NCBI GenBank assembly: GCA_049288955.1
Contig: JBAQIS010000021.1
Coordinates: 22,364-86,363 of the forward strand
Source: Candidatus Saccharimonas aalborgensis
Lineage (GTDB): Bacteria > Patescibacteriota > Saccharimonadia > Saccharimonadales > Saccharimonadaceae
Direction of reading: 5' to 3'
DNA length: 64,000 bases
Position numbers and translations under genes: made by a program. The notes under the pieces were generated by a model, which saw nothing but the letters and a program-made list of their open reading frames with translations, was not told the DNA's origin and made no database searches. Shown in pieces: positions 18,770-29,388 of the stretch (within the stretch, counting starts at the first letter, position 1; every line of letters begins with the position of its first letter).

Positions 18770-19935
18770 CTACTCGGCGACGAACGCCACACTAGCTTGT
18801 ATCCTATAAGGCTCATGAGTACAACGACCGTGATGAGCCACGACATAGCCACATTTGCCTGTGTGATACCCTGGCCGAGAGAAATACTATTGAACCACCA
18901 AATAAGCGGAATGGCTGCAGCATTGGCTGCGAAACTGACTGTCGAAAAGACACTGGCGCGTACCTTGCTGGGGGTGTGGTGTTGGATTGCGGCGTCGGCA
19001 ATTGTTTCTAAGAGACCAGTAATTGCATAGATAACGACAAATAGGCCGATACCAACCCATGACTGTATGAGGGCAAAGGCAACCAAAAAGATAATGAATA
19101 CGAACGAGACGTGCGCAATACGGTTTTCGACCCAGTGCGATGTAAACTGCGCCAGACCTGAGATGAGCGCCGTGAGTGCCCAAAGTAACCCGAGTACAGC
19201 GGCACTGACCCCAAAGGAAAGAATGTACACCTGGCCAAATTCGCCGACCGTCAACCAAAACGCGTTGGCTGCAAAAAATATCAATCCAAGAACCCAAATA
19301 ATTGGACGTGATGCAATCACGGTGATGATATCTTTTGCGTGAGCACGCCAGCCACTGAGCTCGCTCTCCTTGTGACGTGACGGTTCGCGTAGTGTCATGA
19401 TGGTCGCAAGTGCGACAAGAGCTGGCAAAATCGACAGTAGATACGGCACACGGAGGTTTGAGTATTCGGCGATGATACCACTGAGTGCATTAGCAACACC
19501 TGCTCCCAGTAGAAAGAGCGCGCTGGCTTGGCCCATATAGCGTGCATAACGTCGTTCACGACCCTCTGACAACAAGTGATCATACAAAAAGGCCTGGAAG
19601 GCCCCGTTTTGAAATGCCGTGTAGAGTGCATAGAATGCCGCGCCGATACCATAGACTAGGAGTGAAGGACTGATTGCCAGGATGCAGAGTGATAAAAGTT
19701 GAAAGAGGCTGGCGGTGATGAGAGCGCGTTTGCGTCCGATGCGATCGGCGATAATACCGCTCGGGATATCAGATAAGAGAAACGTTACAGCCCATACGGT
19801 GGTGACAACGGCGCGAGCCGACGGGTCCTGGAGGATGTTGTCAAGGAATAGCTGCTCGATTCCATACCAAAACATCAGCCCAAAACAAAAGTAGATAAGT
19901 CGCAGGCGACCTAGTGTTCCTAGGCCCATTGCCAT
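18766..19935 (-). CDS. MFS transporter
   Basis: 389 aa; 12-TM pattern; motif A-like SDIPSGIIADRIGRKRAL. Confidence 0.8.
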   Translation of the reverse strand: MAMGLGTLGRLRLIYFCFGLMFWYGIEQLFLDNILQDPSARAVVTTVWAVTFLLSDIPSGIIADRIGRKRALITASLFQLLSLCILAISPSLLVYGIGAAFYALYTAFQNGAFQAFLYDHLLSEGRERRYARYMGQASALFLLGAGVANALSGIIAEYSNLRVPYLLSILPALVALATIMTLREPSRHKESELSGWRAHAKDIITVIASRPIIWVLGLIFFAANAFWLTVGEFGQVYILSFGVSAAVLGLLWALTALISGLAQFTSHWVENRIAHVSFVFIIFLVAFALIQSWVGIGLFVVIYAITGLLETIADAAIQHHTPSKVRASVFSTVSFAANAAAIPLIWWFNSISLGQGITQANVAMSWLITVVVLMSLIGYKLVWRSSPSS

Positions 19936-21389
19936 CTACTACCGTGAGGTGTGTCGTTGATAAGAATCTTCTTTTTGGCTAATTGGTCGCGCAACCTGTC
20001 GGACGCTTGCCAGTCTTTTGCATCACGGGCACGTTGTCGTTCAATGATCAGTCGCTTTGCGTCGTCGTCGATATCTGGCGTAGACTGCTCCAGCTGCAGG
20101 CCGAGTAGCTCATCGATGGCTCGAATGAACTCGATTAATCCATGGTGGTAAATATCATCAAGACGACAACTATCAAGTGAACTAAAAGCTTGGTCGATAA
20201 CCCGCAACGCTTCGGGCGTGTTTAGGTTGTCCTGCAGTGCTTCGCGCAGTGCTCCGCTGGCCGCTAACAGCGAGATTGAGCCGCGCTCAGCGTCGTTTTT
20301 TTGATTGTCATCGTCAAGTCGATCGTGCGTTTGATGCCGCAATACCGCATAGGAACGCCATTTTTCGAGACGATTTTTGGCCGAAGCAAGGTTATCGAAG
20401 GTAAAGTTGCCTTCGTTTTGAAATTGACCCTGTAGCACAAAAAGCCGCAGGTCCATGGCAGAATAGCCGTTCTCTTGTAGTTGCTGTAATGTGTAGGTGT
20501 TGCCAAGGCTTTTGCTGACTTTTGTACCATCAATTTTCAGGTGATTATTGTGCAACCAAACAGTTGCAAAGCGCTGACCGCTCGCGGCTTCACTCTGCGC
20601 AATCTCATTGGTGTGATGCACTGGTATGTGGTCGATGCCCCCAGTGTGAATGTCAATCGTTGGACCCAGGATACTCATGGCCATTGCTGAGCACTCCAGA
20701 TGCCAGCCAGGAAAGCCCATTATCTCGGCGGAGCCAGTTGGTAATTCAAACAAATCGTCTGGTGTCGGCCACTGCATATCACGGTTTTCGCCCGCCGGAG
20801 TAAATTTCCATAGTGCGAAGTCCCAAGGCTGGCGTTTTTGGGTGTTTTGTTCTACCCGAGCGCCGGCTTTTTGCGCCGCGAGGTCGAGGTGCGCAAACTC
20901 AGCATAGCTCGGAAACTTTGCGGTATCAAAGTAGATACCGTCGGTTGTTTGGTAAGTAACACCCTTATCTTTGAGAATACGCACAAGATCGAGCTGTTGA
21001 TCAATAAACTCTGTTGCTTTGACGAGATGTTCGGGAGGGAGTAGCCCAAGTTTTTCCATACCCGCCACGAAATCTTCAGCGTAAAACTCGGCAATCTCCC
21101 AGGCTGTTTTGCCTTCGCGCCGAGCACCCTTTTCAAGTTTATCCTCACCTTCGTCTGCATCGCTGACAAGATGGCCGACATCGGTAATGTTCATCACTCG
21201 CTCGACTCGGTAGCCGCTAGCAATAAGCGTACGGACCAGAGTATCCCAGTAGATATAGGCAGTCCAGTTACCGACGTGCAGATAATCATAAACTGTTGGG
21301 CCGCAGGTGTACAGCGTCACCTTTTCGCTATTTAGCGGCTCAAATACTTCGACCTGCTGTGTGCGAGTATTATGAAGTCTGAGTGTCAT
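19920..21389 (-). CDS. cysS: Cysteine--tRNA ligase
   Basis: 489 aa; GPTVYDYLHVGN (HIGH) and KVSKSLGN (KMSKS) motifs. Confidence 0.92.
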   Translation of the reverse strand: MTLRLHNTRTQQVEVFEPLNSEKVTLYTCGPTVYDYLHVGNWTAYIYWDTLVRTLIASGYRVERVMNITDVGHLVSDADEGEDKLEKGARREGKTAWEIAEFYAEDFVAGMEKLGLLPPEHLVKATEFIDQQLDLVRILKDKGVTYQTTDGIYFDTAKFPSYAEFAHLDLAAQKAGARVEQNTQKRQPWDFALWKFTPAGENRDMQWPTPDDLFELPTGSAEIMGFPGWHLECSAMAMSILGPTIDIHTGGIDHIPVHHTNEIAQSEAASGQRFATVWLHNNHLKIDGTKVSKSLGNTYTLQQLQENGYSAMDLRLFVLQGQFQNEGNFTFDNLASAKNRLEKWRSYAVLRHQTHDRLDDDNQKNDAERGSISLLAASGALREALQDNLNTPEALRVIDQAFSSLDSCRLDDIYHHGLIEFIRAIDELLGLQLEQSTPDIDDDAKRLIIERQRARDAKDWQASDRLRDQLAKKKILINDTPHGSRWQWA

Positions 21390-22386
21390 GGTATTCCCTT
21401 AGCGCTTTGTCGGTTGCCGTGAGTAGCTCGTGCAGCGTGGCATCGTAGGCGTCGTGTATCTTGTAGCCAGCAGCATAGCTATGTCCGCCGCCGCCGAAAT
21501 AACCAGCGATCATATTGGCAACGGGTGTGTTGCACCGCAGCTTGCCCGTTAGTTTGCCATCGGGATAGGTTTTTATAGCGCAGGCTACTTCGACGCCCTC
21601 GACCAGACGCATCTCGTCAAGCACGAGAACACTTGGGTTGTAGCGGTCGCTGTATTCGGCAATATCTTCCCACGGAATGTGGACGGTGGCCAGCTTGCCA
21701 TCCAAATGGTACTCAATGCGTTCGATGAGTTGTGCCTTGTAGGCGAGGATATCGGCGGGTTTTTTCATATACTCACGACGACGCAACTCGATCTCAGCAG
21801 GAATGGCGCCCGCCTTGACCAAATCGGCGACAGCTTGAAACGTTGCAGCAGTTGCCGACTGAGTCGTCATGCCGAGCGTGTCTGCCGCGACGGAGATATA
21901 GAGGTATTCGGCTGCTGAGGGAGTGAGCTGCCACGAGGCTTCTCTGGCAAGTTCATAGATGAGTTCACCAGTCGAAGCCGCCGAGGACGACATGACGAAT
22001 TCGTGGCTAAAGGAAAGATCATTGAGGCTTTCGTCCTCATCATTTTCACCATGGTGGTCGAGCACAATCACCGGATGTGTCTCGAGATAGTGTCGCGCCC
22101 CTGGTACGGCCAGACATTTTTCGAGTAAGGCTTCGGCGGCGGTGTCAACGACGATAGCCAGGTCGGCATCAAAAGGAAACTCATTGACCACTCTATCCCA
22201 GCCTCTGATATATCGGAGGTACTTTGGCATATCGATCGCGCAGTACATCGTAACACGCTTGCCTTGTTCGCCGAGTAGTTCCTCGAGAGCAAGCGAACTA
22301 CCCAAGCTATCACCATCAGGATTTTCGCCTTGAATGATGACGATCGAGGCTGCATCTTGGATGCGGGGAAGGATTTTGTCGAACAT
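21370..22386 (-). CDS. DHH/DHHA1 phosphoesterase (NrnA-like nanoRNase/pAp phosphatase)
   Basis: 338 aa from MFDKILPRI; VIVLDHHGEN and GGGGHSYAAG motifs. Confidence 0.8.
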   Translation of the reverse strand: MFDKILPRIQDAASIVIIQGENPDGDSLGSSLALEELLGEQGKRVTMYCAIDMPKYLRYIRGWDRVVNEFPFDADLAIVVDTAAEALLEKCLAVPGARHYLETHPVIVLDHHGENDEDESLNDLSFSHEFVMSSSAASTGELIYELAREASWQLTPSAAEYLYISVAADTLGMTTQSATAATFQAVADLVKAGAIPAEIELRRREYMKKPADILAYKAQLIERIEYHLDGKLATVHIPWEDIAEYSDRYNPSVLVLDEMRLVEGVEVACAIKTYPDGKLTGKLRCNTPVANMIAGYFGGGGHSYAAGYKIHDAYDATLHELLTATDKALREYHDTQTS

Positions 22387-22856
22387 TGTCTTTATTGTAG
22401 CAGATTTGAGTGCTGGCGTGGATGGTCGGGTTGGAAAATAACGTTCCTTTTTTAAAGGACCAAACAACCTGCTTTTAGCGCAAAAGTAGGGCAAAACAGT
22501 TCTTTGTTACCCGGCAAAGAACCAAACATGACCAGGGATATCCACTCATCACCTGAAAGGTCTGAGTGCGTTAATCGGTTGCTATGGAACTCCCTTCTGT
22601 CGGTCATTGTATAATCAATAGTTATGGATGAAATGACAAGTCACACCCCGCGACCCCGAAGGTCAGTCACACATGAGCATAGCCTATGTGTGACATTTCC
22701 TTGCGAAGTGACCACGGTCACTTTTCGTTCAGACTGCAACTAGCCAAGCCGCTATGGCCGCAATTTTCTCTCGCGTCGTGAGATGGGATTGCGATGCAAT
22801 CGCATAACCAGCTGGGAGGGTGTATTTGCGGTGGTAGTAATAGCATTAGCACTGCA

Positions 22857-23507
22857 CTAATGCTCGAACCCACTTCTCTGTCCAGGGATTCGAGCATAGT
22901 AGCTGCCTGGCTGTTTTTGTCTTAAGGAGTTGTAATACTCTCTCTCGATATTGATTTGCTGAGTGGGCGTTATGATATCTTTTCCCCTTATAAGCTTAAA
23001 TACTGATTCAATCGTGCGCAGATCTTTATCTCGACCAACTATGGAGATCCATTCAAGAATTATATGGAGTTTCAGTACGCGTATACCTGCAATTTGTTCG
23101 GAAAGGTCGACAGCTTCATCGTACGAGATACTATACTGAGTGTCGAATTCTTTGTGCGCGCTGAATGGTACTATACCGCGCCGAGCTGCATGCGCAGTGG
23201 GTATAATGTCGATCGAGACATATGCAGACCCCATGTCACGCATTTCTTGTTTTGGATGCCTAATTTGAAACTTATAGCACTCTGGTAAATTAAACGCTTG
23301 CTCGTAAAGCTTCCTACAGAAAGCTTCTGATGCAATTACATCAACATCGTGAACCGCTGTAGTCGCTAATCCATAATTTGCAAGATGCAGTGTGATGGCT
23401 GCCCCGCCGACCAAAATTGATTCGTGATTGGGGTCACGTAGCGCAAGCGTGTCAAAAATTACTTGAACATTTCCGTCGGTATACCTAAGGGTTGTTTTGT
23501 CTATCAT
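22857..23507 (-). CDS. Nucleotidyltransferase-fold protein (MNT/AbiEii-like), paralogous to the SulP C-terminal domain
   Basis: 216 aa; ILVGGAAITLHLANYGLATTAVHDVDVI and GRDKDLRTIESV; start overlaps the recR stop by 4 nt. Confidence 0.55.
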   Translation of the reverse strand: MIDKTTLRYTDGNVQVIFDTLALRDPNHESILVGGAAITLHLANYGLATTAVHDVDVIASEAFCRKLYEQAFNLPECYKFQIRHPKQEMRDMGSAYVSIDIIPTAHAARRGIVPFSAHKEFDTQYSISYDEAVDLSEQIAGIRVLKLHIILEWISIVGRDKDLRTIESVFKLIRGKDIITPTQQINIEREYYNSLRQKQPGSYYARIPGQRSGFEH

Positions 23508-24121
23508 AGTACCCGTCTGCCCTCAAGCGCATGGCTGAGGGTGATTTGGTCGGCATACTCGAGGTCGACACCGACAGGAATGCCGCGGGCGAGCCGTGTC
23601 AGTTTGGTATCTAGCTTCGCCTCTTGGATTTGACGCTGAATGAACAGAGCGGTCGATTCGCCCTCTACACTGGCATTGGTGGCAATGATAACTTCTTCAA
23701 CGTCATCAGTTTTGATACGCTTGAGGAGCTCGGGGATATGCAGTTGCTCGGGCCCAACGCCATCAATTGGTGAAATTGCGCCTCCTAGGACATGGTAGGT
23801 CCCCTTGAATTGTCCTGTCCGCTCTAGGGCAACAATATCAAGCGGTTCCTCGACGACTGCGATGAGTTTTTTGTTGCGTTCTCGTCCGTCGTAGAGTGGC
23901 GATACTTCTTGGTTCGCATCGATAAGAGCAAACGTTACTGGACATGTCTTGACGCCGCTGTGAAGCGCTGCAATGGATGTTGCCAGGCTGTCGGCTGTCC
24001 GCGTGTCGGCACGAAGCAAGAAATAGGCATACCGTTCGGCAGTACGGGCACCCACTCCAGGGAGCCGTCCGAGTTCATCGATAACACGCAGCAGCGCCTC
24101 GGGCAATAGTTGCGCGCTCAT
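23504..24121 (-). CDS. recR: Recombination protein RecR
   Basis: 205 aa; HhH LPGVGARTAERYAYFLL, C4 zinc region, Toprim domain. Confidence 0.92.
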   Translation of the reverse strand: MSAQLLPEALLRVIDELGRLPGVGARTAERYAYFLLRADTRTADSLATSIAALHSGVKTCPVTFALIDANQEVSPLYDGRERNKKLIAVVEEPLDIVALERTGQFKGTYHVLGGAISPIDGVGPEQLHIPELLKRIKTDDVEEVIIATNASVEGESTALFIQRQIQEAKLDTKLTRLARGIPVGVDLEYADQITLSHALEGRRVL

Positions 24122-24126
24122 GCGGG

Positions 24127-24417
24127 TTACAGACCGAGATTTCCGAGGCCGCCCATGAGTGGTTTCATGCGTTCTGCAGCAACTTCTTGAGCTTTTGCCA
24201 TACCATCGCGAATAGCAATTTCGATCCAGTGCTCGAGTTCGCTGATATCGTCGAGATCGACGTATGCTGGATCAATCTTGACGCTTTTTACTTTGAGCTC
24301 ACCCGTAATTTGTACGACGACTGCTCCATCACCTGCCTCTACTTCGATAATTTCTTTGGCTAGGTCTTTTTGGGCTTTGCGTAAATCGTTGAGCATCTTT
24401 ACTTGGTTAAATGCCAT
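24127..24417 (-). CDS. ybaB: Nucleoid-associated protein YbaB/EbfC
   Basis: 96 aa from MAFNQVKMLNDLRKAQKDL; GGAGG RBS spacing favours this ATG; classic position upstream of recR. Confidence 0.85.
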   Translation of the reverse strand: MAFNQVKMLNDLRKAQKDLAKEIIEVEAGDGAVVVQITGELKVKSVKIDPAYVDLDDISELEHWIEIAIRDGMAKAQEVAAERMKPLMGGLGNLGL

Positions 24418-24459
24418 AGTTCTCATTCCTCCCCGTGGATTAACATGTCTTAGTATACG

Positions 24460-25929
24460 TTATTTTGATGGTGTTTGATAGATATAGAAGCGGTTGCCGT
24501 CGGTCGCTCGCGAGTTGGTGACGATTTCTTTTAGTTCGGCGCGGGGCGGTATATGAGTACGAGCGTCGTGTGCAACGATGACGATTTGATTTGAGGCAGT
24601 AAATGAGCGGTCAACGCTAAAACGCTTATCATAGTGCGCTACCAAGGTATAAAATGCAGTCTCAGACGGACCAGCATACAGTATTGTGTTGGAGCTGGTT
24701 GACTTGAGATTGGTAAGTTGCCGTTGGAGCAGCGTCAGATCTTTCGAATAAAACGATAATATGCTTGAGTTGTACTGATAGTTTCCGATATAGCGCAGCA
24801 CGCTCAATGACATAATGCCGATGATAACAATTGTCAGCGGTATAAGTCCCGCAACTCTGGCGTAGGGATTACGCGGAAAGAGCTTGTACCAGTCAGAGAT
24901 GAGAGTGGCGATGCCGAGTGACATCAACAGCGCAGCGAGAGGAAATGTTTCGGTAACGCGTTCGGGGTTGAGGATGATGAGCGGAATGAGTAGCGCGCCC
25001 CACACCATCGTGATGTAGCTCCGCGCCGTATATTTGTAGGTAATCAGTTTGTAAAGTCCGATACCAGCTAATAGCACGATACTAAGTGAATAGAGTGGTC
25101 GAACGAGAGCGCTCGTTGACTGCGAGGCGAAGCCGGCGATATCTGTACCGACTTGCGTCGTATTGCGCCAGAAATCGATCGAGTGATCTGGTATGCCCAG
25201 TAAGGTGCGAGCAACGCCCGGGTCGAGGATAGAAGCATAGATAAGAGGAGTAATAGCGATACAACCGAGAACGATCGCGAGAATAAATCGAAGACGTGAA
25301 AATCGCTTGATAATATGGCGGATATGCGGATGAAAGAGCGACGTGGTCAGGATGGCTAATACCAAATAGCTGCCGAGCGGTAAGTAAAGTGCAGTACCGA
25401 TGAGTACAAGTGTGATGACTTTCCAGAGTGTTCCAAAGAGTTTTTGGCGCGTGACATAGGTGGCTGCAAACAATAACCAGACGGCGACAAATGTGTGCAT
25501 GATTCCTGGAGTGCCGTCTTGTACCAAAAAGAGAAATTGTGTCGAGGTAACAGCGATCATCGTTCCAAACACGGCGACATTTCGGCGGAACCAGGTGCTT
25601 AGCAGTAAAAAGAGGCCCAATACCGTTCCAACACCGAGGATCAGCGAGGGTAGTTTGATCGCGAAGGTCGACACACCAAAGATATTGAAGATGACGCGCT
25701 GCAATACATGATATGGAAGATCGATAACCATCGACGGAGACAGAGACTTGATAGAGAGCGAGCCGCTCTGAACACTCGAGGTAAGTTCGGCTTCACGCAG
25801 TTCACCAGGTACATAAAAGCTTGCGATGAACAGTACAACTCCGACGCAGACGATCAAGAAACCGTAGCTGACAATATATCGCCAGCGGTAAATCAAAAAA
25901 TCGGTGACGCGAACTCGCATAGATATCAC
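24460..25929 (-). CDS. Polytopic membrane protein, ArnT/PMT-like GT-C glycosyltransferase (putative)
   Basis: 489 aa; about 11 N-terminal TM helices plus a C-terminal soluble domain; family assignment from topology only. Confidence 0.45.
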   Translation of the reverse strand: MISMRVRVTDFLIYRWRYIVSYGFLIVCVGVVLFIASFYVPGELREAELTSSVQSGSLSIKSLSPSMVIDLPYHVLQRVIFNIFGVSTFAIKLPSLILGVGTVLGLFLLLSTWFRRNVAVFGTMIAVTSTQFLFLVQDGTPGIMHTFVAVWLLFAATYVTRQKLFGTLWKVITLVLIGTALYLPLGSYLVLAILTTSLFHPHIRHIIKRFSRLRFILAIVLGCIAITPLIYASILDPGVARTLLGIPDHSIDFWRNTTQVGTDIAGFASQSTSALVRPLYSLSIVLLAGIGLYKLITYKYTARSYITMVWGALLIPLIILNPERVTETFPLAALLMSLGIATLISDWYKLFPRNPYARVAGLIPLTIVIIGIMSLSVLRYIGNYQYNSSILSFYSKDLTLLQRQLTNLKSTSSNTILYAGPSETAFYTLVAHYDKRFSVDRSFTASNQIVIVAHDARTHIPPRAELKEIVTNSRATDGNRFYIYQTPSK

Positions 25930-25964
25930 CAGTATATCACGAATACCAAATGGGCTTAAGCGGC

Positions 25965-27314
25965 TTAGTCCCGACGTTTGTCGAGTGACATAAAGCGTAG
26001 CCGCTCTGGGTGGAAGTAGAGCTGGATCTTACCAACTGGTCCGTTTCGATGTTTGGCGATAATCAGATCGGTGATATTTTGGACGTCGACATTGTCCGGC
26101 TCATAATACCCAGGACGATAGATAAATGACACGATATCGGCATCTTGCTCGATGGAACCCGACTCGCGCAGGTCGCTAAGCTGCGGAATGGGCGGATTAC
26201 GGCTTTCGACCGAACGGCTCAACTGGCTAATTGCGATGAGCGGGACATTGAGCTCACGAGCAATGAGCTTGAGCCCACGGCTAATTTCACTCACCTCCTG
26301 TACTCGGTTACCGGCATAGTTGCCATTTGTCTGCATCAACTGAAGATAGTCGACGATGATGAGCCCGAGTGGCTGATCATGGGCGGCGCGGCGAGCTTTG
26401 GTGCGCATCTCGAGCACCGAAAGTCCAGGCGTGTCATCGATAAAGATGGGTGCTTCCGCCATCTCCCCCATTGCTTCGCTGATTTTGCTAAAATCTTCGT
26501 CACTCAGGTTGCCGGTGCGAATATTCCAGCTATCAACCCCACTAGCGTCGGCGAGCATACGGTCGATGAGCTGCTCTTTACTCATCTCGAGACTAAAGAA
26601 AAGTACCGGAAGCTTTGCAATGGTCGCCACATTATAGGCAAGATTGGTGACCAATGTCGTTTTTCCCATAGCTGGTCGAGCGGCAATAATAACGAGATCA
26701 CTGCGTTGCAACCCGGCTGTCATGTTGTCGAGATCGCGATAGCCGGTGCGAATGCCGCGAAGCTGACCTTTGTTGCGGTGAAGCTCTTCGATACGGTCAA
26801 AACTTTCGGTCAAAATACTCTCGATACTCACCAGGTCTTGCTTGAGTGATTGATCGCTGACGCTAAATAACTCGGCTTCAGCTTTTTCGAGCAGCTCCTC
26901 GGTGGTCGTTTCTTCGTCGTAGCCAAGTTCGGATATGTCTGCGCTGGCCTTTATGAGGCGTCGACGGACGGCTTTTTGGGCGACGAGTTCGGCGTAGGCG
27001 GCGGCGTGTGCAGCAGTTGGGACGTAGTTTGTGAGTTCAGAAAGATAGGCAGAGCCGCCAACTGCTTCGAGCTGGTCTTTTTTGCGTAGTTCCTCAGTGA
27101 GTGTCAGTAGGTCAACGGGTTTGTGCCGTTCATAGAGTCGCATCATTGCTCCAAAGATAGTGGCGTGACGCTTGTCATAGAAATCCTTTGGGGTAACGTG
27201 CTCAGAAATATCGGCCAGAACTTCTTCGTCAATCAAGACGGCGCCAATCAAACTCATCTCCGCATCGAGATTTTGCGGGGGGACTTTTCCGGCAGTGACC
27301 TCTTTTTTAGCCAT
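25965..27314 (-). CDS. dnaB: Replicative DNA helicase
   Basis: 449 aa; PPQNLDAEMSLIGAVL N-terminus; Walker A ARPAMGKTT; overlaps the dnaX stop by 8 nt. Confidence 0.93.
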   Translation of the reverse strand: MAKKEVTAGKVPPQNLDAEMSLIGAVLIDEEVLADISEHVTPKDFYDKRHATIFGAMMRLYERHKPVDLLTLTEELRKKDQLEAVGGSAYLSELTNYVPTAAHAAAYAELVAQKAVRRRLIKASADISELGYDEETTTEELLEKAEAELFSVSDQSLKQDLVSIESILTESFDRIEELHRNKGQLRGIRTGYRDLDNMTAGLQRSDLVIIAARPAMGKTTLVTNLAYNVATIAKLPVLFFSLEMSKEQLIDRMLADASGVDSWNIRTGNLSDEDFSKISEAMGEMAEAPIFIDDTPGLSVLEMRTKARRAAHDQPLGLIIVDYLQLMQTNGNYAGNRVQEVSEISRGLKLIARELNVPLIAISQLSRSVESRNPPIPQLSDLRESGSIEQDADIVSFIYRPGYYEPDNVDVQNITDLIIAKHRNGPVGKIQLYFHPERLRFMSLDKRRD

Positions 27315-28701
27315 CGACTGATACCTCTTCTCCTCCCCCCATCATAGCAACAATAGCTGCGGTCTGGCCATCTTTGGGGGGTTTTGCGGTGGGGCTAATG
27401 ACAATGTCGTGATCAGAAAGCTTCATTTGTTCGAGGATTTCCGCAAAAACCGGCAGTGATTTTTCGAGTTGTTTTTTGTTGAATTCGCGGCCCGCGTAGA
27501 GGGTGAATGTATTTGCCGAGAGATCATACCCAGCTTTGCCGAGAAGGCTGTATGCCCCAGGAGCCTTATCTTTTACTCGCTCGAGAAATGAATTCCACTG
27601 GAACGACGGCGAACTGGTTGGTGGTTCTTGCTTCGCGAGCGACTTTGAGGTCTCTTTTTTGGCTGGTTGAGCTATATCAACAGGGGGCAACTCCCCTAAC
27701 GTTGATGAGTGTGATGGTGCCGGTAATGTCGTAACTTTGGGACTGCTTTTCGAGGGTTGGTTACTCATATCAGCCGTTAGCGCGGTAAGGAGTTTTATGT
27801 ACGGCCAGGCACTTCGTCGCACTTCCAACAGACGATCTAGTAGAGGAAGGAGTGACGGTTGATTGATAATACGCTGACGGAGGGCAGCGATGAGCTGATC
27901 TGCCAAGATGACTGCGGGAGTACCGTAGGCCTCAGTGTGATCGACAAGTGCAACAATTTGCCCGAGGTCATCCTCGGCGTAGGCATTGAGTAATTGAGCC
28001 ACGATATCGCTGTCAGCGAGACCGAGCACCTGCTCGACAATCTCGCGGCTAATACTGTCATCACTTGCGTGACGCAGTTGGTCAAGCAGACTGACACTAT
28101 TGCGAAAACTACCATCACTCCGCTCGGCAATAAGGCTCAAGGCATCGTCATCGATAGCAATACCCTCGGCGTCCGCAATCGTCCGCAGGTGCTTTGCATT
28201 GTCAGCAGGAATCGCCGCCCGAAAGTTGAAGCGCTGGACACGACTCAGTATGGTGGCCGGCAGTTTGTCAACATCGGTCGTTGCCAAGATAAAAACGACA
28301 TGCTCAGGGGGTTCCTCGAGCGTCTTGAGCAGGGCATTAAATGCCGACTTACTGAGCATATGAACTTCGTCAATGATATAAATCTTTTTTTCGGCACTAC
28401 TCGGGGCTATTTGGACTCGCTCGCGTAGGTCACGGATATCCTCGACACTGTTGTTGCTGGCGGCATCAATTTCGACAATATCGAGGTGCGAAGATTCGTC
28501 GCTATAGGGCAATTTGTTGATTTCGTGTGCCAGGATACGCGCGATTGAGGTCTTGCCAACTCCCTTTGGTCCGGTGAGCAGGTAAGCGTGTGCGATGCGG
28601 TTTGCATCAATAGCCCGCTTCAAAATAGTGGTGATATGCGATTGCCCGACAATTTCATCGAGCGATCGTGAACGGTATTTACGATATAACGCCTGCCCCA
28701 T
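27307..28701 (-). CDS. dnaX: DNA polymerase III subunit gamma/tau
   Basis: LLTGPKGVGKTSIARILA (Walker A), YIIDEVHMLS (Walker B); start uncertain (ATG at 28701 or GTG at 28731). Confidence 0.9.
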   Translation of the reverse strand: MGQALYRKYRSRSLDEIVGQSHITTILKRAIDANRIAHAYLLTGPKGVGKTSIARILAHEINKLPYSDESSHLDIVEIDAASNNSVEDIRDLRERVQIAPSSAEKKIYIIDEVHMLSKSAFNALLKTLEEPPEHVVFILATTDVDKLPATILSRVQRFNFRAAIPADNAKHLRTIADAEGIAIDDDALSLIAERSDGSFRNSVSLLDQLRHASDDSISREIVEQVLGLADSDIVAQLLNAYAEDDLGQIVALVDHTEAYGTPAVILADQLIAALRQRIINQPSLLPLLDRLLEVRRSAWPYIKLLTALTADMSNQPSKSSPKVTTLPAPSHSSTLGELPPVDIAQPAKKETSKSLAKQEPPTSSPSFQWNSFLERVKDKAPGAYSLLGKAGYDLSANTFTLYAGREFNKKQLEKSLPVFAEILEQMKLSDHDIVISPTAKPPKDGQTAAIVAMMGGGEEVSVDG

Positions 28702-28752
28702 CAAGTCTATTTTAGCGTGAATTGTCACCAAAAGCTGTTGTAGTTTTCTATG

Positions 28753-29388
28753 CTAATTGGTTTCTTCGAGATAATGGGATCGACAGAGGGCAGAATAAGT
28801 GGCATCGATTCCGTCGATGGCTTTTTGTGGACCCTCAGTGGTCACGACGCCGTTTACTAACCGCGCGTTGACCACGGCAACTTGCCCACAGCCGCCGCGC
28901 TCACAGGCAGAGGCGATCTGTATTTTGCGATCAGCCCATTTCAACAGTGCGGCACTGCCAGGAAACAGCTCGCCGCGGAAATCGTTGAGAAGACCATAGG
29001 CCTCGATCGTGGCAATATCGGCATCAACGACCCCTGTTGCCAATTGCTTCACTTGCTCTGGTGAGAGAAACTGAGCCTCATCGACGTAGATGAGCCACGG
29101 GTGCTCCCAGACAGCTCTGGCACCCAGGCGATTTGCGATTTCGCGTCGCAAAAATTCACCGGCGTCACCTTTCTCGGGGATTAGGAGTGCCGGTGCTTCC
29201 ATGCCGCCAGCAATGCGGGATTGGATACGAGTTCCGGCTTTACTATCTCCCTCTGGTTTCGCGATGATGGTATTCCAACCGCTATCACGTTTGCGATATT
29301 CATCGAGCAATATTTCGGCAGTTTTGCCCCCTGCCATGGTGCTAAAGTGAAAATTTAATTCATGATGTCGACTTGGTCGTCCCGGCAT
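28753..29388 (-). CDS. tdk: Thymidine kinase
   Basis: 211 aa; P-loop STMAGGKTAEIL, YVDEAQFL, C-terminal Cys zinc motifs. Confidence 0.85.
   Translation of the reverse strand: MPGRPSRHHELNFHFSTMAGGKTAEILLDEYRKRDSGWNTIIAKPEGDSKAGTRIQSRIAGGMEAPALLIPEKGDAGEFLRREIANRLGARAVWEHPWLIYVDEAQFLSPEQVKQLATGVVDADIATIEAYGLLNDFRGELFPGSAALLKWADRKIQIASACERGGCGQVAVVNARLVNGVVTTEGPQKAIDGIDATYSALCRSHYLEETN

Noticed and set aside
22495-22856. I tested this gene-free segment as RNase P RNA, SRP RNA or 6S RNA.
   Set aside because: Neither strand has the conserved RNase P blocks (GAGGAAAGUCCGGGC, ACAGAACCCGGCUUA) or the SRP domain IV motif (GGAAGCAGCC). 6S RNA cannot be judged from sequence alone.
26145-26849. A 234-aa plus-strand ORF lies inside dnaB. 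Similar long antisense ORFs occur at 14953-15501, 38767-39315 and 48382-48897.
   Set aside because: They are antisense to confidently identified genes (dnaB, SulP, thyA, pilin) and have no independent support.
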